DNA of 64,000 nt, from NCBI GenBank assembly GCA_030141605.1, contig JAQGDQ010000007.1, positions 1,165,173 to 1,229,172 of the forward strand, in the 5' to 3' direction. Below, in pieces: positions 39,213 to 64,000 of the stretch. The first letter of the stretch is position 1. Each line of letters opens with the position of its first letter. A program made the translations under genes and the position numbers. This stretch comes from Tubiluchus corallicola. Lineage: Eukaryota; Animalia; Priapulida. The notes under the pieces are model-generated. The model was not told the DNA's origin and ran no database searches. It saw only the letters and a list, made by a program, of their open reading frames with translations.

Positions 39213-39645
39213 CTAGCCAAATCCCACAAAAAATTTTACGCATAAACCCACAATGACAAACCATACTACATGCACCACACCACACTACACCAACACCACA
39301 CAACCGACACCATACCACTCACTCCACTACCCTACCCACACCATGTCACCCACACAACACTATAGCATGCACAACACCCACATTACACCATATCACCCAC
39401 ATAAAGCCACCCACACAATGCCATTCACATTATGCCACAAACACCATGCCACAATCACCATTCATACCGCACCAACCTCATCCACCACCCACATCACGCC
39501 ACTCATACCACATCAACCACAAAACGCCACCCACTTCACAACACACCACCCATACCGCATCCAAGATACCACATCAGCCATATCACAACACCTATATCAC
39601 ATCAACCATAAAACATCACCCACATCACAACACACCCACAAAAAG
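39213..39645 (-). mobile_element. 3' end of a Helitron with a CA/TG-rich internal segment
   Basis: a-ctag-ccaaatcc-cacaaaaaattttacg at 39212-39240 parallels a-ctag-caaaggccc-cgcaaaagattttgcg of the array. It is followed by a CA-rich tract resembling the reverse complement of 27700-28110. Confidence 0.55.
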
Positions 39646-40518
39646 GCATAGGAAAAATGTTACAGGAAAAAAGTGGCACAAGTGGACAAGCAGGTAAAAA
39701 TGGCACAGCAAAAATAGCGCAAATGGAAAAGTAGGTAAGAATGGCATACGTAAAAATTAATGGCACAGGAAAAAATGACACACTTCGTAACATATGTGCT
39801 TAGGATTAGGGTTACAGTGGGGTATAATTATTTGAGTTATTTTTACCTCTGCCAAAAAAGTTGTGCTTCAGCACAGTTTGCTTGGTTGTTTTTTGTCCGT
39901 TATGGCAGTAAGACACCATACCACTCACTCCACCACCCTACCCACACCATGTCACCCACACAACACTATAGCATGCACAACACCCACATTACACCATATC
40001 ACCCACATAAAGCCACCCACACAATGCCATTCACATTATGCCACCAACACCATGCCACAATCACCATTCATACCGCACCAACCTCATCCACCACCCACAT
40101 CACGCCACTCATACCACATCAACCACAAAACGCCACCCACTTCACAACACACCACCCATACCGCATCCAAGATACCACATCAGCCATATCACAACACCTA
40201 TTTCACATCAACCATAAAACATCACCCACATCACAACACACCCACAAAAAGGCATAGGAAAAAATGATACAGGAAAAAAGTGGCACAAGTGGAAAAGCAG
40301 GTAAAAATGGCACAGCAAAAATAGCGCAAATGGAAAAGTAGGTAAGAATGGCATACGTAAAAATTAATGGCACAGGAAAAAATGACACACTTCGTAACAT
40401 ATGTGCTTAGGATTAGGGTTACAGTGGGGTATAATTATTTGAGTTATTTTTACCTCTGCCAAAAAAGTTGTGCTTCAGCACAGTTTGCTTGGTTGTTTTT
40501 TGTCTGTTATGGCAGTAA
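39306..40518. repeat. near-identical tandem duplication of about 606 bp
   Basis: 39306-39911 and 39912-40518 differ by only a few substitutions and indels. Confidence 0.95.
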
Positions 40519-41218
40519 GCCTGTTATGCAAAAACAGATTTCCTAAGAAAAGTGCTTATAGACTATAGAATGCCAACATAGGAATCTTTTCACCGGTTCT
40601 TTTTTCGGAAAACTTGACCGAACACCATGTACAAAAAAAATTTCGTAGAGCATTTCGTTGAGGTGGTCAGAGGGAGTGCTTAGTACTTCTTTTTATTACT
40701 TCTACAAGGACACACAATTCGCGTTAGTTCCAGGTTCTATTTCGAGAAAATCTCGTTTGTACAACTGAGTAACGCTGTCTATAATTTTTACTTATTATTG
40801 TATATAGCCCCATAAGATGACTTGGAACATATATATTTGTCAGACTATTACTACCGCCAAAATTAACGGTGACAAAGTAGATAAACCCTATGTAGAACAT
40901 TGGTGCCTTAATGAACAAATATTTTGTGAGTCTTTTGCTAGTCTATATAATACCAATGAATACACACTTTTGTATGTTTGCTCGTTTATCTTTGTGTTAA
41001 ATTTTTTGAATCAAAAGAACCAGACCTAGTTTTATTATAATTCGTTTTATAAAAATCAATTGCGTTAAAATAACATTATGTGCCATTTTTCCTGTGTCAT
41101 TTTTACCTGTGCCATTTTTCCTGTGCTATTCTTTCGTGTGTCATTTTTCTAGTTTCATGTTTACCGTGCCATTTTTCCTTGTGCCATTTTTACCTGTTCC
41201 ATTTTTACCGCGCACCGC
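40250..41218. mobile_element. non-autonomous DNA element with inverted arrays of 14-15 bp subterminal repeats (GG(T/A)AAAAATGGCACA)
   Basis: aaaaatggcacag repeats at 40250-40390 (duplicated at 39645-39785) and tgtgccattttt(a/t)cc repeats at 41078-41215. Confidence 0.7.
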
Positions 41219-41852
41219 GACATAGCTATGGACATGGAAAACAAATATAGCGCTTGTTCCGAATTTTGTAGAAAAAGTGTTCGTTGTTTTGGTCCTTAGT
41301 CCTAAATTAATGGTACCAACAGAATTCAGTGGAACGTTCTGTATAACTAGGAGACAATCTTGCAATTCAAATAAGAATTTTTAAGAAGCCGCTTTAGAAT
41401 GCAAAAGAGAAAGTGAAAATTTGGAATTGTTTTGGTTATTGTTTAAGAAAAGCCGATCTGTATAGTAAAAAAATAATAGACTTCATAGTTTGTTTACGTG
41501 CTTTTTCTAATGACAAATCAACATGAGGTTTAGAAATCTGTAGGCTTCAAATTTTTGCAAACTGAAAAAAGTGAATTTTAATTTTATTGACAGCAAGGTA
41601 AGAAGGCATTCGGTTTGTGTATATTTTTTAATTAAGTTTAACAGTAATCATTAGGCTACAAGATAATATCTAAAACGGAATAGCTGAGTGTTACGGTGTG
41701 TGCTTAGATGGGTGATCTACAGGAAAACTCTGCTATTTTTCTATGTTAGCGATGATACGTGCATTTTCCAACATAGCTGAGACGTTTCTGATCTTAGAGA
41801 TTATCGTAAAAATCCTTAATATATTCTACATTGTTATTATGTTCTGTGTACG

Positions 41853-42016
41853 CGTTTTGCTGAATTAGTTGGCGTTTTATAGTGTCGTCTTTTTATTATG
41901 CCATGATTGTAACGGTTAATATTAATATCATTATGCCATTGTATTATGATAACTCTTGCGAGCATGGCTTAATTACAAAAACAACAATGTAAAACGCTAA
42001 CTAATTCAGCAAAACG
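41853..42016. mobile_element. small MITE-like inverted repeat upstream of the SLC28 paralog 1 start codon
   Basis: cgttttgctgaattagttggcgtttta / taaaacgctaactaattcagcaaaacg. Confidence 0.7.
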
Positions 42017-42210
42017 TTATGCCTGCACATGACATAATCTGAGTATAACAGACGTAACGAAGAAATAAAAAATTGTCTAACCACCTACTTATTCTGCACA
42101 AAGAAACTTCATCACTTTCTTAATGGCAAATTTCAGATTGCGTAGTTTTTGTGAAGTAGCCAAATTCAAGTTACCATTGAAGACTGAAGATTGAAATTTA
42201 AATTGCATCA

Positions 42211-56870
<14,660 letters not shown>

Positions 56871-57292
56871 TTCAATTAGCCAATTTTATACACTTTAATT
56901 CTTTATTTATTTATTTATACTATTTATTTTTTTGTTTGTTTATTTAATTGTTTCTTTTCTTAATATAGTAGTAATAATAATAATATTATTAATAATGATA
57001 AAATAAAATAATATAAATATATATTAAAGGTAGACAATCAGTGCTAGTTTATGGTAAAAACGTACTCTCTTCTATGCGTCAGGAAAAAAATTGACTATAA
57101 GTGCAACGAACTTCAAGGCATTAAACAAAATGAACTATGGGTAATTTCTGTTTTTGCCAATCTTTCTTTCTTCAGCTTTTTAATTTTATCTATCTCAGAC
57201 ATAAAATCGGCCATACAGTTAATTGCACATAGTAAATGACAAAATATAAATGAAAGTTAGTAGTTAAAACTATAAATAAATTAATAATCTCT

Positions 57293-57457
57293 CTCACACA
57301 CACACGCACGCGCGCGCACACACGCACACATGCTCACACACACGCAGCCACACACACACGCGCACACACGCACATGCACATACCACACACACACGCACGC
57401 ACGCATACACCACCACCCCCCACCCCACCCAACCCCACACACACACACACATACACT
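57293..57457. repeat. degenerate (CA)n/(CG)n microsatellite
   Basis: Directly visible. Confidence 0.9.
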
Positions 57458-58283
57458 TAATCTGTTTCTCTTCCTCGCTCTGTGTTATCATAATCAAGTC
57501 ATGATCTTGCCTCTCACAAACGAGATAAGCAGGACAGTATTTTGAAGATGTTTTGTGAGGCTGCATTAAGCTTATCTAAAAAGGATCATACGAACATCTA
57601 AGAAGAAAAAATGCAACGGCTCGCAAATAACTTTAACGCGCTTAGTAGTGTATGATAATAAATTTCCTTATAAGCATAATAAATTCTGGATGTGCCAAAG
57701 CATTAATATCGTTTTGAGTGTTGGCTTTATGATGCAGTTTGCCAATAATTATCCACCTACATGTCCACTAGTGATGAGCTTGATTGACAGGTGGAATGGT
57801 TAGTTATAGACAGTCACAGTCGGTTAGTTCGGTATTCTGTTAGTGAGTAAGTCAGTTGGTTAATTTATTAGTTACTGCGTTGCACAGGCTTTACGTTGAG
57901 TAACACCTGCGTCTGAATCCTCAGAATCTATAGTTCATCCATTAGCTGTTAGTCCGCGACATGAATTACCTGAATGACCCATTATTTTCAAAAGCGTTTT
58001 GGGAATACCCAGATATTAATATAAAATGCATGCAGAATCTTAATTAGGTTACAGTCCCTGTAACTTTTTCGACTCTGTTACCTATAATATTGCTACGAGT
58101 AACCAAAAGTATGTAGTTAAATTAAATGTCACGATTTCCTGTAAAACACTTCCTGTTCTTAAATCGATCGTGTTGTCGTTTTGAGACATTATATGTTCAA
58201 CAAGGTGTGAGTGTTTCTGCGTAATAAAAAAAGTAATCGTTACACAGTAAATGATAATGAAATAAAATAGAATAATTTTGAAA

Positions 58284-61200
58284 ATGGACAAGTACGTGCT
58301 GGACCAAGAAAATCCTCAGACAGTATGGCATGTCAGACATCGCAGTAGCATTATTGAGGATTCTATAGGTAACGTTGATTTGGATGCGGATAACACAGGA
58401 GAAGATGTGTTTCAGCAGGTAAGGGAACTTGTTATGTTGTAGATAGAGTAATTCTTACGAACCTAACGAAAAATTTTCTGTTGAAGCAGTAGGTCAGATT
58501 TTTTATAAAACTCGTGGTAATAAACGTCCCCAGAGCCATAAATATGAAAAAAATATTTATATATAGATATTTCAAATAATTGCATAGTATTGTCACTGAC
58601 TGAGTGACTGACTGACTCATAACAGAATGACTGACCAACTGACTAGCTAACAAATCTTTTATTAAAAGCTAGACTTCAGAACTACACAGATATATCTGTG
58701 TGCATTTTGTGATCATAACTGATGAATATTCGCTGCAGTTTTAACACCTGAAGTAAAATTATTACACCATTTCTGTCCATAGATTGAGTTAAGCGACCTT
58801 AGTTCGTCTCGGAGTTCAAGTGGAAGAAGTAAGAAGAGTTCAGTGAAAAGTCAGTCAAGCTCGAAAAGATACCGACAGGGAAAGCATAGAAGTCGCAGTA
58901 ATCAGTCGTCTGTTCGGTCATTTCTAAAGGTGTATTTCAGGCAAATTTAACAATTGCTTTTATTTTTTTGATATTTAACTCATTTTACTAATAAGGTAAT
59001 AAATTAGGTATTAGATAAATTGTATTGCATAATAATTACAGTTAATCAGTTTTCTAATTGTAAAATTTTTATTTTTTCAGCTTTTAGTTTTTTACAGTTT
59101 CGCCTTATGTGATTTTTTATTACCTCGTTTGTTTTGCAACAGATGGCTTTAATATAATGTTTGAACTATTTCTAGGAATCGACAGAAATTCCCCATGAGA
59201 CGCTAGCAGAAGAAGGTGTGTAGAATAAGTGAATTCTGTACAAACACAATAATTATAATTTATAAACAACAGTCAAGGTCAAGGGTTTAGTGCGACAGGC
59301 TCAATAACACTGAAATCATTGGCTCCTTATATCACAGTGAGTTATGACATAACAGCATAACCAATCTACCAACCAAATTGTGCTCAGGTTTTAGCCTGGT
59401 CACTCTGAGTGTGGCGTGGGTGGATGTGGTGTAAGACTGTTGTGTGTTGCTGTGACATATATGTAGTTCTCACGGACGCCGGCAGGCGGACACATCGACG
59501 TACGTGCGTCCACAGAATTTCTTAAATTAACAAATTTTTATGGCTATATAAATTCTTTAGCAGTAAACCAAGAAACACATCATCCCTTGTTTGTTTGCGC
59601 AATAATGAGTTTTAAAACTAGTGAACTTGCCTGACGAAATAGCTTCTAGCAACCGCAAAATCGTCTAAAATGCAGTTAACTGCATGTGTGACCGAGAGAC
59701 GTTCTACCGTTTAGCTGTGTCTGGCGGAAAAAAATAACAGACTTATTAAATTTTGTATGAACAGTGGGTGGACTGTAAACTTAACAGTCTCAAATCAGTT
59801 TATGTTTGACTATCCACATTTTGCTGGGTAGATAACCTTGACACTAAATAAATTAAGCTTAAGTAATGGGTCATTCGCAGCAGTGTACTACGAACTTACT
59901 TTTAAGATGTATGACTACTACAATAGAATACAATGAATATTACCTAGGTAACTGTAGGTAAAATATATTTATTAAAGCAGAATTTTTCACGTTTGAAGAA
60001 GTCTATGTACCAGAATTTAGATCTCATTTGAGGCCTCCAAAATGTGCTTAAATACAGGAAAAGGTAAATGTTTGTGGCGGGGCTCCTCCCTCAGACCTCC
60101 TAGCTGCTTGTGCGTTAATTTTTTTAAACTCTGGCGGCACCCATGGTAGTTCTTGTGATTAAAACCTTAACAACGCAGTACATGACACATAAAAACAGCG
60201 CGGTAGTGCTTTATAAACCCATTGATAATAATATTGCATATAGCGAAATGGCGGCCGTTTAAGTTCTTATCATATGAAGAATAACGCAACATAGCAAAGA
60301 TCTCATCACAGCTCAGCACAATATAGCGTAACACAGCACGATACGGCAATTACAGTGTGAACAGAGTTCTCCAGCTAATTATTTTCAAGAATCAAGAGAA
60401 GACTCCTAACGGAAGAAAGTGCGCAAAATAAAATATTATATTTAAGAAAATAAAAAATACCTAATTAAATAATACGCAGTAAATGCTATGAAATAAATGT
60501 GTACTACGATTATATCTGTAGTTTGTTCAGCTGACACTGGTGACAACGAATCATCCTGCCCTATTTTCTCGAATGAAAATCCTGAAGTTTGTAAGTTAGA
60601 ATTACATGTACATCCTGATGACGAACAGGTTACTGATGATGAACGGACTACAGGCACTGTGACGAGGCAGTTTTTGATTTTCCATTGTTTAGAAAAGGCT
60701 CACGAGAGCGTTTCAGATTATTATTCGGAACACAAGGTAACGCTTATTAATGAATTAAAATTAAACATTATACTCACAAGTTTAAATGGTTAAAATGCTC
60801 TAATTGTATTACATTAAGTACGTTTGGGTTTTAGATTTTATAACAATTATAATTAATTTTGATAAGTTGAAAAATTACTCTCTAGTTCTATGAACTTATG
60901 AAGGTTTTAATAACGTTGTGAGTTTAACTGGAAACTTAATTTTTGGCTTTTCAGACTGTGTTCAAGTTTGTGTTTTTTGGGATATTGGCTGCATTATACT
61001 GCAGTTACTTTGTCTATGCTCTGGTCCTCGATTTTAAGCGTGCGGCGGCACTTATTATTGGCACATCCTTGTTCCTGTACATTTTTATAGTTGTAAAAAC
61101 ATGGAGACATTTTGGAGGGGATATAAAAGACTTGGGAAAGCCTTGTTTGTCAACTTTTACTCGACATTCAGCCTGGCTGAAATGGTAAGAAATGAATAAT

Positions 61201-63964
61201 ATTAACATGTGACATTTGGGATAGAACTGCTGCATCCGCCTCTCTCTTCTGTCACGGTTTTCATTTACTTTCTGCGCTACTCTTTCTCTCTCTCTCTCTC
61301 TCTTTCACACGCATACGCTCCTCTCTCTCCATGTCTCTATACTTGTCTGTCTGTTCATTTATCCATCCGTCAATCCGTCTGCCTGCTTGCTTATCTGTCT
61401 CTAATTGCCTGCTTGTCCATTTACTTGCGTATTTACTTTTCTGTCTATTTACTTTCTGCCTATTTATATATTTACCAATCTGTTTATATCCTGTCATACT
61501 TGTATACTGCAAATGTGATCCATAATCTTTTACTAGAGGGATACAAAACACTAACCGCTAGTGCAAAACAATCTCAAAGTATTGCTGAAACAATAGACAA
61601 TCTATTATTTCATCAAAATTTAGTGTTAAGCCATCGTACATCTCGCATAGCCTCCAATCTGTAAGATTAATTGAAGCAGCGAGAAGAAGAACTCAAGATC
61701 CTCCAACACCAAGTCCTCTTGCAGATGCCTCTGTTAGACGGGCAAGCTTGTCTGCTAGATACAGATCATCTGCATGTTTTTAATCACTTTAGCGTCCCAT
61801 CTGCGTTTTAGGACGTCTAATGTGTGTTTGGCTGGTTCAGATACAGTGAATTTCTAGGCCATTCAGTTCCTTCGAAAAAATAATCTCAGTGTTTTCAGAC
61901 CTTTTTTCCATTCATACCCTCAACATTGCAGGCTTATGCTAAATTCTGAGTGCTATCATTCTAAGTTGATTATAACATGCTACGATGTTATAAATTGTTC
62001 TGTACTGATACTCGTTTTTGTAGCACGTGCCCCCTCCCACCAACAAAATATTACGAACTGGCCGGTTTTGTTAGCAGTTAAAATGTGACATTATTTCTTT
62101 CTTTCTAGGTGTTTGGTCGCCTTACTTGCACTTGCAGTGATAACATTTCTTGTATTTGACGTTGGCATGAAAGCACCCAGCAACTTCATTTGTCTCTTGG
62201 GATTATTCACGTTTGTGTTTCTGCTCTTTGTCTTCTCCAAGCATCCAAGCAAGGTGCTATAAAAATTATAATATTTTTATGGTTGGAGCTAGAGGTGATA
62301 ATAATAAAAGTGAAATAGACTCACTGAACTAAAAATTCCCCTGAAATTACAGTAGTCGCCGCTTAATGAACTCACGGTTAATAGACTCAATCGCTTAATT
62401 GACTTAAAAACGCCTGGAACGGGCCGCTTATATTCAAATTTCATCTGTCATCTTTACTACCCTTTTGTGCACCAGGTATACAGAAACAATCATGTTAAGT
62501 ACCGTTTTGTTTGTAAGCAGGTACGCTTATCATGCCCTAATACGCTAGCCTAGAGGTTTTGCTTCCTGCTCGCTGTTACGTGTGAATCTGTTACCTGCTC
62601 GCCCACTGTTACCCAAAGAATTCCTGGAATCTAAACATTTAATCACTTGCCTAGCGGTTTCCTTTTGATACTCTTGTTGCAAATCACCCTTTCATGCAGG
62701 TATAGTAATCAGCTGGTATTCCTTGTGACTTACAAGAATAAAATATCATACAGCAAATAAGAACAATGTAAGTGAAGTGAACAGACGATTGAGAACTGTT
62801 TTAGTCACGCACAACAACAGATTTTTGTAATTACGAGAATTTTGTGGGCCAACTCCTTCGCAAGAAAATGAAGCAGCCGACTTTGAAGGAATTTTTGTAA
62901 TTTTTGCAAATAAACAGACTTAGAAAAGTACACTTGTTAATTTATTGCTAATTCACTTATATAAATTAGTATTTTAGAATATTTTTTAAATTTTTAACCT
63001 GCACAAAGAATGTAGGCCTTCGTTTCTAAAATTCGTTAAAACCGTTGCAGTATGCATAGTAAGCTGATGACTCATACTTACTACACCCATCGGTTAATAG
63101 GTTCAATCGGTTATTGGGTCAAAACACGTCGGTCACAAAAGTGAGTCTATTAAGCGGCAACTACTGTAATTAGAATTGTGACCGTGAACGCCAGAAATTA
63201 ATAAACCATTGTTTTAAGTCTGTTAATGCCATGGTTAATGAGCTAAAGAAAGAAAAGTGGCGCTGAAAAATTGTAAAACAGTGGGGATTTGAACCCGAAA
63301 TTTCTGTGATTAGAACTCCCATGCTCTGCCATTTAAGCTTCATGCTCAGCACGAGGCAGAAGGCCTAAATTCTTAGCCTTGTAGCACACATTCGGTTTCT
63401 CATTGTTATATTGTTTATTCCAGATGAGTTGAAAATTCCTCAAAATTCATACTAACTGTATTTAGGTGAAATGGAGACCAGTCGCTGCTGGAATCACTCT
63501 ACAGTTTTTTCTTGGGCTTTTTATCCTTCGCGTTCCGTTTGGCTTAGAAATGTTTAGATTTCTCGGAGATCAAGTTGCCATATTTTTCACTTACTCAGAC
63601 GCTGGGGCGAAATTTGTTTTTGGTGATCCTACATTTCTGGATCACTTCTTCGCTTTTAAGGTATAAAATTTTCATCATTTTTAATATCTTACATATCAAA
63701 TTACCCATTGACTTCTTAATGATACGTTTGAGATAAAATAATTACTTGATCTTTAAAACCCGTCTCTCCTGCTCGTGGTTCAGCGTTTTGTTTATTTTGC
63801 AGATTTTACCAGTTATTGTATTTTTTTCTACTATTATATCAATACTGTATTACATCGGCGTGATGCAGCTTCTAATTATTGCCATTTCGTCTGTTATGAG
63901 AACCATAATGAAGACTACAGCGGCCGAGTCTCTTAATTCAGCTGCTAATATATTCATTGGACAG
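58284..63964 (+). CDS. SLC28A3: SLC28 concentrative nucleoside transporter, paralog 2 (5' part; continues beyond the window)
   Basis: Exons: 58284-58418, 58783-58929, 59176-59215, 60531-60736, 60955-61184, 62109-62253, 63466-63660, 63803-63964. GT-AG introns with compatible phases. The last three exons have the same lengths as in paralog 1 (145/195/162). Motifs FSKHPSKVKWRPV, FFAFKILPVIVFFS, ESLNSAANIFIGQ. Confidence 0.88.
62350..63166 (+). mobile_element. Tc1/mariner (pogo/Tigger-like) MITE, 817 bp
   Basis: TA|CAGTAGTCGCCGCTTAAT ... ATTAAGCGGCAACTACTG|TA gives TIRs plus a TA target duplication; second copy at 26125-26918. Confidence 0.9.
63283..63347 (-). pseudogene. tRNA-derived SINE head or tRNA pseudogene
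   Basis: The minus strand reads gagcatgaAGCTTAAATGGCAGAGC...GGGTTCAAATCCCC (A box and B box with tRNA spacing), but the acceptor and anticodon stems do not pair well. Confidence 0.6.
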
Positions 63965-64000
63965 GTAATTTTTAATTAAAATATATTCATTTACAGATAT

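Noticed and set aside
39800-39812. Telomere-like TTAGGATTAGGGTTA
   Set aside because: Only two units, inside a transposon.

Overview
AT-rich, intron-rich animal (probably invertebrate) genomic DNA; the taxon cannot be fixed from sequence alone. I reconstructed four spliced genes by hand, all with GT-AG introns and consistent phases. Two are tandem minus-strand C45-family Ntn-hydrolases of the tan / beta-alanyl-amine hydrolase type (257-5929, 394 aa; 24345-35774, 392 aa). Facing away from them are two tandem plus-strand SLC28 concentrative nucleoside transporters (42211-56870, about 618 aa; 58284 to beyond the window end). The rest is transposon-derived: decayed LINEs, a Gmr1-order gypsy fragment, a Penelope RT fragment, many MITEs and long microsatellites. 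Three structures stand out. (i) An approximately 11x78-bp array made by amplifying the C-terminal CCHC zinc knuckle of a LINE ORF2, with a 4-unit higher-order period. (ii) A five-unit head-to-tail non-autonomous Helitron concatemer with CTAG|TC junctions and an A|T insertion site. (iii) An intact tandem duplicate of the last coding exon of the second hydrolase. I found no CRISPR array, rRNA or intact tRNA, and no clearly new multi-gene system. All coordinates are hand-read and no database search was run.
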